From assembly GCA_035461265.1 (NCBI GenBank), contig DATHVO010000293.1:1-61747 (forward strand): a DNA stretch of 61,747 nt, read 5' to 3'. This DNA is from Longimicrobiales bacterium (lineage in GTDB: Bacteria > Gemmatimonadota > Gemmatimonadetes > Longimicrobiales > RSA9). Of the stretch, positions 8,795 through 17,662 are shown in pieces. The notes beneath the pieces are model-generated. The model did not search any database. It worked only from the letters and a program-made list of their open reading frames with translations, and was not told where the DNA came from. The translations under genes were made by a program, and so were the position numbers. Positions within the stretch are counted from its first letter, which is position 1; each line of letters opens with the position of its first letter.

Positions 8795-10003
8795 TCAGCC
8801 GGCGGACACGGCGACCGATGCGCCGGTGAGGAGGGTGCCCATGCGGCGCACACCCTCCAGGATCTCCGCCTCCGGTGATGCGAAGGACAGGCGGACGTAC
8901 CGGTCGTCGCCGAAGGCGGCGCCGGGCACGAGGGCCACGCCGCTGCGCTGGAGGAGATCGTTGCAGAAGGCGATGGAGTCGGCGCAGTCCTCCCCGTAGT
9001 ACGCATCGGTGCGCAGGAAGATGAAGAACGCGCCATCGGGCAGATGGAAGTCCGCCTCCGGCAGGGCCTCCCGCAGTGCCTCGGCCGTCCGGTCCCGCCG
9101 CCGGCGGAAGACACGGACCATGGCGAGGACGGCCTCCTGTACGCGGGCCTCGTCCCGGTACGCGGCGAGTGCGGCGGCCTGCGCCGGGGAGGATGCGCCG
9201 GACGTCATGTGGCTCTGCAGGGAGGTGAACCGCTCGGCGAGGGACGGCGACGAATAGCTGTAGCCGACGCGCCAGCCCGTCATGGCGAACGTCTTGGAAA
9301 CGCCGTCCACGACGACGACACGCTCGAGGAGTGCGGGATCCATGTCGAGGACGCCGGCGGCACGCTCGCCCGAGTAGCAGAGACGGTTGTAGATCTCATC
9401 GCTGATGACCCAGAGTCCGCGCTCCGCCGCCCACACCAGGATGGCTTCGAGCTCCTCGCGGTCGTACACCGCGCCGGTGGGGTTGTTGGGCGAGTTCAGG
9501 ATGATGCCCCGGGTGACGTCAGTGACGGCGTCATTGAGGCTCTCGACGTCCACCTTGAAGGCATTCCCGGGGCTGCCGGCGACGAAGATCGGCCTGGCCC
9601 GGGCGAGGATGAGCATGTCCGGATAGCTGGTCCAGTACGGCGTGGGCACCAGAACCTCGTCGCCCGGTCCGAAGAGCGTGAAGCAGGCGTTGAAGAGGGC
9701 CTGCTTCGCACCCGCGCTCACCACCACGCCGCCGGCGTCGGCGGACCGGCCGAAGGTCCGACCGATGTGGGCGGCAATTGCGGCCCGGAGGGCGGGCGTT
9801 CCCGGCACGGGCGTGTACTGTGTAAAGCCCTGCTCGATGGACGCGATGCCTGCCTGGCTCGCGAACTCGGGGGTGCGGAAGTCCGGCTCGCCGGCGCTCA
9901 GATCGAGGATCTCGCGGCCGGCGGCGCGAAGCTGCTTGCACAGGGCGCCCACCGCGAGAGTGGCGGACGGGGTGAGGTCGCGTACGTTCTCGCTGATGCG
10001 CAT
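8795..10003 (-). CDS. class I/II pyridoxal-phosphate aminotransferase (aspartate aminotransferase-like)
   Basis: LSAGEPDF, NSPNNPTG and PLP-lysine block SKTFAMTGWRVGY. Internal ATG at 10003 (MRISENVRDL). Confidence 0.85.
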   Translation of the reverse strand: MRISENVRDLTPSATLAVGALCKQLRAAGREILDLSAGEPDFRTPEFASQAGIASIEQGFTQYTPVPGTPALRAAIAAHIGRTFGRSADAGGVVVSAGAKQALFNACFTLFGPGDEVLVPTPYWTSYPDMLILARARPIFVAGSPGNAFKVDVESLNDAVTDVTRGIILNSPNNPTGAVYDREELEAILVWAAERGLWVISDEIYNRLCYSGERAAGVLDMDPALLERVVVVDGVSKTFAMTGWRVGYSYSSPSLAERFTSLQSHMTSGASSPAQAAALAAYRDEARVQEAVLAMVRVFRRRRDRTAEALREALPEADFHLPDGAFFIFLRTDAYYGEDCADSIAFCNDLLQRSGVALVPGAAFGDDRYVRLSFASPEAEILEGVRRMGTLLTGASVAVSAG

Positions 10004-10040
10004 GGAATCATGTTTCGGGGAGGTTTTACCGGTGGCCAAT

Positions 10041-10748
10041 ATGCCGACTGCCCGGGAGCCGGACAAGACGGACGGCGCATTGGTTGCACAGGTGAAGGGG
10101 GGCGGCGAGATTGAGCGGCTGAGAGGGGGAGGTCCCGGGGTGCGGCAGCGGCTTGTGGTGTTTGCGGACTACGCGTGTCCGTATTGCTACCTGGCGGACA
10201 CGTCGCTGGCGCGACTGCGGCGGGAGCGCGGCATGGCCGTGGACGCGGCGGCCTTCGAACTCCGTCCGTCCGGCACACCCCTGCCCGCGCCGGACGAGCC
10301 GTGGCTGCTCGAGGAGTGGCAGCGGGTGGTGCAGCCCCTGGCGGACCGGCTGGGCGTACCCATGCGCCTGCCGTCCTTCTCGACGCGGACCCGGAAGGCG
10401 CACGAGGCCGTGGCGTACGCACGCGAGCACGGCGCATTCCCGGCGATGCACGAGGCGATCTTCCGGGCATGGTGGCGGCATGGCCGTGACATCGGCCGGA
10501 TCGATGTGCTCATGGAGATCGGCTCGTCCGTCGGGCTCGATCCCATGGCGCTGCGCGTTGCGCTGGATATCGACCAGTGGGCCGGCCGCGTCGAGCAGGA
10601 CGCGGCCACGGCGCGGCGACTCGGACTGACGGGAGTTCCCGCCTACCTGCGCTACGTCGAGGCTGATGACGGCGCGGCGGCGGACGTGGAGTTGAGGGTG
10701 GGTCTGCAGGAACATGATGAACTGACAACCTGGGTGACGGTGGAATGA
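10041..10748 (+). CDS. DsbA-family (FrnE-like) thiol:disulfide oxidoreductase
   Basis: VVFADYACPYCY places a CPYC active site at the start of a DsbA-like fold. The C-terminal GLTGVPAY motif is present. Internal ATG of ORF 9642..10748. Confidence 0.75.
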   Translation: MPTAREPDKTDGALVAQVKGGGEIERLRGGGPGVRQRLVVFADYACPYCYLADTSLARLRRERGMAVDAAAFELRPSGTPLPAPDEPWLLEEWQRVVQPLADRLGVPMRLPSFSTRTRKAHEAVAYAREHGAFPAMHEAIFRAWWRHGRDIGRIDVLMEIGSSVGLDPMALRVALDIDQWAGRVEQDAATARRLGLTGVPAYLRYVEADDGAAADVELRVGLQEHDELTTWVTVE

Positions 10749-11059
10749 CATACGAGCGAATGACCGCGGCGCCGATCCGCGACGTCCTGCGGCTGGCCGG
10801 GGAGGTGCTCACGGAGCGGCTCCCCATGACGAAGGTTGGAGAGGACAGCCATTCCGTCCGTCTCGAGGGGGGTGACGGCGTGGTGACGATCAGTGCGCAC
10901 CGCCATGGTCTCGAGACGCAGGTCCACGCCGCGACGGACCAGCTCCGGACATCGCGCCTGGATCTCGACGTGCAGTACTTCATGACGATGCTGCCCTATC
11001 AGCCGGGCGACGTCAGGGGCGCGGGCGAGGCGCTGCCCGGCGGACTGTCGAGGCGCTGA
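10745..11059 (+). CDS. hypothetical protein (104 aa)
   Basis: ATGA overlap with the DsbA-like gene, and its stop lies 2 nt before the next GTG start. GC3-rich codons. No family recognised. Confidence 0.55.
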   Translation: MTYERMTAAPIRDVLRLAGEVLTERLPMTKVGEDSHSVRLEGGDGVVTISAHRHGLETQVHAATDQLRTSRLDLDVQYFMTMLPYQPGDVRGAGEALPGGLSRR

Positions 11060-11061
11060 CC

Positions 11062-12645
11062 GTGACTGACGACTTCTCCGCACCGGGCATCGGCGAGCGG
11101 CTCGCCGAAGCGGCCTCACGCGCGGGCTGGGAGCGCCCGACTCCGCTGCAGGCAGCCGCGTTTCCCGTGCTCGGGCGGGGCGGCAATCTCGTGCTCCACG
11201 CGTCATCGGGCGCCGGCGTGACCGGCGCCTTCGGCCTTCCCCTCCTCGACCGGCTGGCGGACGGCGACCCAACCGGCGGACTGCCGGCAGCGCTGATTCT
11301 CGCGGCCACCCCGGAGCGGGCCGACGCCATTGCCCGGGTGCTGGCAGGCCTGGCGGTCGGGACCGGACTGGCCGTGCGCCGCATCGGGTCGGGCTGGAGC
11401 CTGGCGGGCGCGAACGCCGTGATTGCGACACCGGCGGAGGCGCTGGGCGAAGTGCGCGGGTCGGTCCTCAAGCTCGAAGGCGTCCGTGTCCTCGTGGTGA
11501 CGGATCTGTCGGAACAGCTGGAACTGGGCGCCGGCGATGGCCTGGCAGCGCTTACCGGCCTGATTCCCCGGGATGCCCAGCGCGTGGTGACCACACCGAA
11601 GCTGGACGACGCCGCGGAGCACTTCATCGAGGCGCACGCGCGCCGCGCGCTGGTGGTGCCGTCCCGGCCCGCCGACGCCGGTCCGGCGCCTGCGCGGGAG
11701 CCGGCCGGGCAGATCGGTTACGTGGTCGTGCGCCATGAGGACAAGGCCGAGGCCCTGGCCCGCCTGGTGGATGGCGTGGACGGCGATGTCGTCGTGCGTG
11801 TCCGTACCGCGGCGCGGGCGGACTCCGTCAGGGCAGAGCTGGACCGGCGCGGCGCCGGGCCGGCAGGCGGCCGGCAGCTCCGTGTCGCCGGGTTTTCCGA
11901 CGAAGTGGGCGATGCCGAACGCGTGGTGAGCTACGACGTACCGTTCTCCTCCGAGGACCTCCAGCGATTCCACGCATCCGGCGGCACGGTCTTCGTCGAG
12001 CCGGCCCAGCTCGCCCACTTCCGGAGAATCGCCGACGCGGTGCCGTTCACGCTGAAGCAGCGGCGCATGAAGGTCCCCGATTCAACCGGTCTCGATGCGT
12101 TCCGGGCAAGTGTCCAGGCGGCGCTGGATGGGGAGGACCTGGATGCGCAGCTGCTTGTGCTGGAGCCGCTGTTCGAGCGCACGTCGGCGGCCGAGGTGGC
12201 CGCAGCCCTCAGCGCGCTCCTGCGCCGCCGCGCCCCGCCGGAGCAGGCGGAGCCGCCGTCACAGGCGGGCCCGCCGCCGCGGGAGGCGAGCACATCCGCG
12301 TTTGCCCGCCTCTTCGTGAGCATCGGCACACGCGACAACGTGCGGCCCAGCGACCTGGTGGGTGCCATAACTGGCGAGGCGGGGATCAAGGGCGAACAGG
12401 TGGGGCGGGTGGACATCCGGGACACCTTCTCCGTGGTGGAGATCGCAGCCGGCGTGGCCGACCGCGTGATCGGGGCGCTGAACGGGACGACGATGCGCGG
12501 GCGCAGCCTGCGCGTGGATTACGACCGGAAGGGTGCGGGGGGCGATTCGGGTTCAAGGGCCGGCGGACCGCCCCGGCGCCAGGGCGGCCCACCGCGCGGG
12601 CCGGGCGGACCGGGCGGACCGTCCCGGCGACGGCCGCCGCGTTGA
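11062..12645 (+). CDS. DEAD-box helicase-like protein with degenerate ATPase motifs, DbpA-type RNA-binding domain and RGG tail
   Basis: The Q-motif is retained (PTPLQAAAFP). Walker A reads ASSGAGVTGAF (Lys replaced by Val). DEAD is replaced by VVTDLSEQL. Motif VI is absent (RFHASGG). The C-terminus FARLFVSIGTRDNVRPSDLVGAI...MRGRSLRV is DbpA-like and is followed by a GGPPRRQGGPPRGPGGPGGPSRRRPPR tail. Confidence 0.7.
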   Translation: MTDDFSAPGIGERLAEAASRAGWERPTPLQAAAFPVLGRGGNLVLHASSGAGVTGAFGLPLLDRLADGDPTGGLPAALILAATPERADAIARVLAGLAVGTGLAVRRIGSGWSLAGANAVIATPAEALGEVRGSVLKLEGVRVLVVTDLSEQLELGAGDGLAALTGLIPRDAQRVVTTPKLDDAAEHFIEAHARRALVVPSRPADAGPAPAREPAGQIGYVVVRHEDKAEALARLVDGVDGDVVVRVRTAARADSVRAELDRRGAGPAGGRQLRVAGFSDEVGDAERVVSYDVPFSSEDLQRFHASGGTVFVEPAQLAHFRRIADAVPFTLKQRRMKVPDSTGLDAFRASVQAALDGEDLDAQLLVLEPLFERTSAAEVAAALSALLRRRAPPEQAEPPSQAGPPPREASTSAFARLFVSIGTRDNVRPSDLVGAITGEAGIKGEQVGRVDIRDTFSVVEIAAGVADRVIGALNGTTMRGRSLRVDYDRKGAGGDSGSRAGGPPRRQGGPPRGPGGPGGPSRRRPPR

Positions 12646-12658
12646 CTGCCGAATGCGG

Positions 12659-12688
12659 GAAGAGCCACGGAATGTTCCGTGGCTCTTC
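12659..12688. terminator. hairpin between convergent helicase-like and HU genes
   Basis: GAAGAGCCACGGA (12659-12671) and TCCGTGGCTCTTC (12676-12688) form a perfect 13-bp stem with a 4-nt loop. No long U-tract. Confidence 0.45.
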
Positions 12689-12709
12689 TCGCATGCAGGC
12701 CGGAGTCCG

Positions 12710-12997
12710 TCAGGCCTTCACGGCGTCCTTGAGTGCCTTGCCGGGGCGGAACGAGGCGCTGGTCGTTGGCCCGATGCGGATTTCCTTGCCCGTCCGCGGG
12801 TTGCGTCCGGTGCGGGCCTTGCGCTCGCGCGTCTCGAACGTGCCGAAGCCGGTGATCTGGACCCGGTCGCCCTGCCGCAGTGCGCCGGTGATGAGGCCGT
12901 CCTCCGGATTGAAGATCGCCTCGACCACGCGCGTGGCGTCTGTCTTGCTCAGGTCCGTCCTGCTGGCGAGCGCCTGTGCCAAATCCGACTTGTTCAT
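12710..12997 (-). CDS. hup: HU-family DNA-binding protein
   Basis: 95 aa: MNKSDLAQALA...GFGTFETRERKARTGRNPRTGKEIRI is the classic HU/IHF arm. GAGGAG lies upstream of the ATG. Confidence 0.9.
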   Translation of the reverse strand: MNKSDLAQALASRTDLSKTDATRVVEAIFNPEDGLITGALRQGDRVQITGFGTFETRERKARTGRNPRTGKEIRIGPTTSASFRPGKALKDAVKA

Positions 12998-13263
12998 GTG
13001 CCGCTCCTCGGTGTGGAGAGTGGAGTAGGTCCGCGTGTTCCCGGTGACGAATCGCGCGCGGATGCCCCGCGCAGCGGCCGCGCTGACTGGGGGTTCGGTT
13101 GCCGGCGCTCGTACTTGCGCGAAGCAGGGCGGCGGAACAACTTCCGCTCGCCAGTCGACGGGCTGCTCCCGGGCGCCGGGGCGAATGCCGAGATAGAGTA
13201 GGCGCGCGTTCCGGCACCGTCAAGGGAAGGAAGCCGTTCCCCGACAACCCTCGTTCCGCTCCG

Positions 13264-14586
13264 ATGATGGACCAGAACACCGCGGGCCCAACCGGCGAGG
13301 CGCCCGGCGTCCTCGACAGGGAAGTCGATGTCGCGCGCGAGGTTGCCCACGCGCTCCTGACCGCCTCGACCCCTCTCGAGGTGTACCGCCTCGCCCTGGC
13401 CCGCCTCACGCCCCTCGTGCGTGCACGGTTCAGCTCCGTCTTCGAGCGGGACCCCGCGGACCCGACCCTGCTGAAGCTCGCCTGCGCCCACAACTGGCCC
13501 CAGGCCTCGGCGCGCTACCTCGGCCAGCTCCGCATCCGGGTCGGGCGGGGCCCCACGGGACGCGCCGTGGCTGAGGGCGAGCTCGTCCAGGTCCGCGACG
13601 TCTTCGCGGACATCGCCCTGCGGGAGTGGTGGGAGCCTGCGCGGGAGCTCGGGTTCGTCGCGCTCATCTCGCTGCCGCTGCGGGTGGGGTCGCGAGTCGA
13701 CGGCGCACTGACGTTCTACTTCGCCTCCGCCAGGGATTTCGATGACAGTGAGCGCCACATCCTCATTCTCATCGCGGATCAGCTGGCCGCGGCGAGCGGC
13801 CGCGTCGCGGAGATGGAGGCCCAGCGCCGCGAGATGGCCCGGCTGCAGGCGGAGAATGATCAGCTCCGCGGCCGGCTCGGCGCCGGCGAGGAGTCGACGC
13901 GGCTGAAGGACGAGTTCCTCTCGAACATCAGCCATGAGCTGCGCACGCCGCTCACCGCGATCCTCGGCTACGCCGACCTCCTCGCCGGCGGTGTAGCGGG
14001 TGATGTGCCGGAGGACCAGCGCGCTGCGGTGGAGCGCATCCGCAAGGCCGCCCACGCACTGCTTCGCCTGATCAACGATCTGCTGGAGCTGTCACACCTC
14101 AAGCTGGGCCGCATCGAGCTCAACGTCGCGCCCGATGATGCGCTGCACATCGCCCGGCGCGCGCTGGACGCCGCTGGCCCGGCGCCCGGGGACGTGCAGC
14201 TCGCCCTGCAGGAGCCGGCGGAGCCGGTACGGCTCATGGTGGACGGCGAGAAGGCAGCCCGGATCCTGGAGAACCTGCTGACGAACGCCTTCAAGTTCAC
14301 GCCGCGCGGTTCGGTCACCATCTCGATCCGCCGCACCGTCGAAGAGCAGCACCCGGTGGTGGAATGGGTCGTACGGGACACGGGCATCGGCATCCCCGCA
14401 GACGACCACGACGCCATCTTCGACGAGTTCCGACAGGTGGACGGCTCGTCGACCCGGCTCTACGCCGGGACGGGTCTCGGCCTGGCGCTGTCGCGCAGGC
14501 TCGCCCGGCTCCTCGGTGGACGCATCACCGTGCGGAGCGAGCCGGGCAAGGGGTCCGAGTTCCGCCTCACGGTGCCTGCACACTGA
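13264..14586 (+). CDS. soluble GAF-domain sensor histidine kinase
   Basis: The N-terminal GAF-like region is followed by a coiled coil, then the H-box FLSNISHELRTPLTAILGY and HATPase G-boxes (DTGIGIP, GTGLGLALSRRLA). No TM segment and no adjacent response regulator. Confidence 0.85.
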   Translation: MMDQNTAGPTGEAPGVLDREVDVAREVAHALLTASTPLEVYRLALARLTPLVRARFSSVFERDPADPTLLKLACAHNWPQASARYLGQLRIRVGRGPTGRAVAEGELVQVRDVFADIALREWWEPARELGFVALISLPLRVGSRVDGALTFYFASARDFDDSERHILILIADQLAAASGRVAEMEAQRREMARLQAENDQLRGRLGAGEESTRLKDEFLSNISHELRTPLTAILGYADLLAGGVAGDVPEDQRAAVERIRKAAHALLRLINDLLELSHLKLGRIELNVAPDDALHIARRALDAAGPAPGDVQLALQEPAEPVRLMVDGEKAARILENLLTNAFKFTPRGSVTISIRRTVEEQHPVVEWVVRDTGIGIPADDHDAIFDEFRQVDGSSTRLYAGTGLGLALSRRLARLLGGRITVRSEPGKGSEFRLTVPAH

Positions 14587-14598
14587 CGCCGGGCGGCG

Positions 14599-16521
14599 TC
14601 ACCTGCCAGGTCCGTCGTCTGCGCGTCCATCGCCGTCATCGTCCTTCCGGCCGTTCCCGACGGTGGACCGTGCACGGGGCTTCGTCATCGCGTCCGGCGA
14701 CAGAATCTCATCGAGGTCCGCCCGGCTCAGCCAGCCGTTCTCCAGCACCAGTTCGTAGACGCCCCGCCCCGAGTCGAGGGCGTCCCGGGCGACGGCGGTC
14801 GCACGCTCGTAGCCGATGTACGGCACCAGTGCGGTAACCACGCCGATGCTGCGCTCCAGGAGCTGGCGGATGTGCTCGCGGTTCGGCTCGATGCCCAGGA
14901 CGCAGCGTTCACGGAGGACGATGGCGCCCTGCGTCAGCATCTCCACGGACTGAAAGATGTTGAACGCGATGACCGGCTCGAATACGTTGAGCTGGAGCTG
15001 CCCGCCCTCCGCGGCCATGGTCACGACGAGGTCGTTGCCGATCACCTGGAAGCAGACCTGGTTCACCACCTCGGGGATGACGGGGTTCACCTTTCCGGGC
15101 ATGATACTGGAGCCGGGCTGCATGGGCGGGAGGCGGATCTCGCCGAGGCCCGCGCGGGGGCCGCTCGAGAGCAGCCGCAGGTCGTTGCAGATCTTCGACA
15201 GCTTCACGGCGACCCGCTTGAGGACGCCGGACAGGGTGACGAACGCGCCCGTGTCCTGCGTGGCTTCCACCAGGTCGGGCGACGTGACGAGATCCAGGCC
15301 GGTCACCCGGCTGAGGTGCCTGCACACGAGTTCCGCGTAGCGCGGGTCCGTATTGATGCCGGTGCCTATAGCCGTCGCCCCCATGTTGATCTCGTGGAGG
15401 TGAACGGACAGCTCCCGCAGCCGGTCGATGTCCTCGCCGATGGTGACCCCGTATGCGTGGAACTCCTGGCCGAGGGTCATGGGTACCGCGTCCTGCAGCT
15501 GCGTCCGGCCCATCTTGACGACGTCGCCGAACTCCGCGGCCTTCTGCATGAAGGCGTCGCGCAGCGCGGCGAGGACCTGGCCGAGATCGCGGAGTGCCCA
15601 GCTCGCCGCGATGCGGATGGCGGTGGGGTACACGTCGTTGGTCGACTGGGAGAGGTTCACGTGGTTGTTCGGGTGCACCACGTCGTAGTCGCCGCGCGGC
15701 CGGCCCAGCAGCTCCAGGGCTCGGTTCGCTATGACCTCGTTCGCGTTCATGTTCGTGGACGTGCCGGCCCCGCCCTGGATGACGTCCACGACGAACTGGT
15801 TGTGGAGGTTGCCTGCGCCGATCTCCCGGCACGCGCGGATGATGGCATCGGCAACCGCCGGCTCGATGAGCTCCAGGTCCCGGTTCGCCGCGGCCGATGC
15901 TTCCTTCACGGCGGCGAGGGCGCGGATGAGGTGGCCGAACTGGGCGATGGCGATCCCGGTGATGGGGAAGTTCTCCACCGCACGCTGCGTCTGGATGCCG
16001 TAGTAGTTGGCGGCGGGCACGTCCCGCTCGCCCAGCAGGTCCTTCTCACGGCGGACGCCGCCGGCCAGGTACGCCTCGGCCCGGCCGCCCATGCCCGTGG
16101 CGGTGTTCAGCCGCTCCGCGATGAGGCGGGCGGAGGCGGCGATCAGGCGGCGGTACAGTTCGGGCCGCTCCGTGGCCAGAGCGGTGAAGGCTTCGCGGGG
16201 CAGCTCCACGACCTCGGCCGCGTCGAGGACGCGTGCGGACGTCGAGTGGGGATAGTCATCGAGGAAGCTGCCTTCCCCGAAGGACTCATCCGCCTCAAGT
16301 GTGTACAGGCGGCGGGGCCGGCTCAGCGGCCCCTTCTCCAGGGCGATCCTGCCACCGAGAACGATGCCCCAGAACCGGCGGGGCTGGCTCTCGTGGTAGA
16401 CGAATGCGCCGGGCAGGTATCCCACGATCCGGGCACGGCGGGCCAGTTCGACGCGGTCGTCGTCCGGCAGGCCGCGGGTCAGCTCGTGGGCGCTCAGCGC
16501 ACGCAGAATCCTCGTGTCCAT
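14599..16521 (-). CDS. aspA: cyclic-nucleotide-binding domain fused to aspartate ammonia-lyase
   Basis: Residues 1 to about 135 form a CNB fold (FGEGSFLDDYPHSTSARV...LPREAF). The rest is AspA-type lyase: GAGTSTNMNANEV and GSSIMPGKVNPVIPEVVNQVCFQVIGND. Confidence 0.85.
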   Translation of the reverse strand: MDTRILRALSAHELTRGLPDDDRVELARRARIVGYLPGAFVYHESQPRRFWGIVLGGRIALEKGPLSRPRRLYTLEADESFGEGSFLDDYPHSTSARVLDAAEVVELPREAFTALATERPELYRRLIAASARLIAERLNTATGMGGRAEAYLAGGVRREKDLLGERDVPAANYYGIQTQRAVENFPITGIAIAQFGHLIRALAAVKEASAAANRDLELIEPAVADAIIRACREIGAGNLHNQFVVDVIQGGAGTSTNMNANEVIANRALELLGRPRGDYDVVHPNNHVNLSQSTNDVYPTAIRIAASWALRDLGQVLAALRDAFMQKAAEFGDVVKMGRTQLQDAVPMTLGQEFHAYGVTIGEDIDRLRELSVHLHEINMGATAIGTGINTDPRYAELVCRHLSRVTGLDLVTSPDLVEATQDTGAFVTLSGVLKRVAVKLSKICNDLRLLSSGPRAGLGEIRLPPMQPGSSIMPGKVNPVIPEVVNQVCFQVIGNDLVVTMAAEGGQLQLNVFEPVIAFNIFQSVEMLTQGAIVLRERCVLGIEPNREHIRQLLERSIGVVTALVPYIGYERATAVARDALDSGRGVYELVLENGWLSRADLDEILSPDAMTKPRARSTVGNGRKDDDGDGRADDGPGR

Positions 16522-16707
16522 CGCTCAGCCTGCTGCAGGGAACGGGGCGACCGGGAAGCTAGCGGGCCGGTCGGCCTCGGGAAACGCCGCTCATCGCGCC
16601 GTCGTGGCGCGGCCGGTGGACGGATTGATCCTGTGGGACCTCCCGGCGCTCAGGCCCGCAACCTGCACGCCGGAACGGAACCCGTTTCACGCCGACGGAG
16701 GACGCCC

Positions 16708-16992
16708 ATGCTCGCGAAGGACCAGCTCAGGATGATTGCGAAGGAAATCGACCGCACGGCGGACGAGCGGATGCACCGCTGCGACCACCACTACGATCGC
16801 CAGCAGCTCTGGGAAGTCGTGCGGCGGGCGTCCCGGGTGATCGAGGCCGTGGCGGAGATGGAAAGGGATGGCATGACGGCGACGGAGCGCGCCCGGCGGG
16901 CCCGGTTCGTGGCGACGGAACTGGAGATCGCCCTCGAGGCCGCCCGGCGCGCGAAGCTGGTGATCCAGTGGACGGAACGGCCGGCGGACTGA
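16708..16992 (+). CDS. hypothetical helical protein (94 aa)
   Basis: ATG at 16708 is preceded by GGAGGACGCCC. It is the 3-prime tail of a long antisense ORF (14872..16992). No family recognised. Confidence 0.45.
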   Translation: MLAKDQLRMIAKEIDRTADERMHRCDHHYDRQQLWEVVRRASRVIEAVAEMERDGMTATERARRARFVATELEIALEAARRAKLVIQWTERPAD

Positions 16993-17005
16993 GACGCCGA
17001 CGCAG

Positions 17006-17563
17006 TTACTGACCCATCCGCCGTTTCAGTTCCTCGAGTCGCTGGTCGGCGGCGCGCTCCCGGGCGTCCCTCTCCATGCGCGAGAACTCACGGTCGTGCT
17101 GCGCCCCGGCGTCCGGTGCGAACCGGCCCTGCCCCTCCCCCACGGTACCCGCCGACGAGCCCGCCACGGGTGCTGCTTCGGCGATCATCGCGCGCATGCT
17201 CTCGATGTCCCGTGCCAGCAGGGTCCGCTCCTCCTCGAGCACGCCGACCTTCCGCCTCAGCAGATCCTGTCGCTCCGCATGGCGGGCGGCGAACTGGGCG
17301 GCCACGCGGACCGTCTCGGCGTCATCGACCTCACGGGCCATCGCCTCGCGCCGGCGGCACACTTCCAGGGACTCGGCCTCGGTGGCGGCCTCCCGGCGGG
17401 TCCGCCGGATCTCGTCATCGAGCTTCGCAAGCGCTCCCGCCGCGGAGATGACCTCACGCTCCATTGCGCGGACGCGGGGCGGCGAGCCGGGCGTCCCCTC
17501 ATGGACTTCCCGCCTGAAGTTCTCCACCGCTTCGCGCCACGCCGTCTTCCAGTCGTCCAGCAT
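17006..17563 (-). CDS. coiled-coil hypothetical protein
   Basis: 185 aa, highly charged (Arg/Glu/Ala-rich) and heptad-like throughout. No family recognised. Confidence 0.55.
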   Translation of the reverse strand: MLDDWKTAWREAVENFRREVHEGTPGSPPRVRAMEREVISAAGALAKLDDEIRRTRREAATEAESLEVCRRREAMAREVDDAETVRVAAQFAARHAERQDLLRRKVGVLEEERTLLARDIESMRAMIAEAAPVAGSSAGTVGEGQGRFAPDAGAQHDREFSRMERDARERAADQRLEELKRRMGQ

Positions 17564-17662
17564 GGCACGAAGCTAATCTCCACTCCCGGCCCGGGGAAGC
17601 GGCGCGAACCTTGCTCCCCATGGGTCGCCGTGCAGCGTGGGCGGCAGGGCGAGCGGGGGCGG

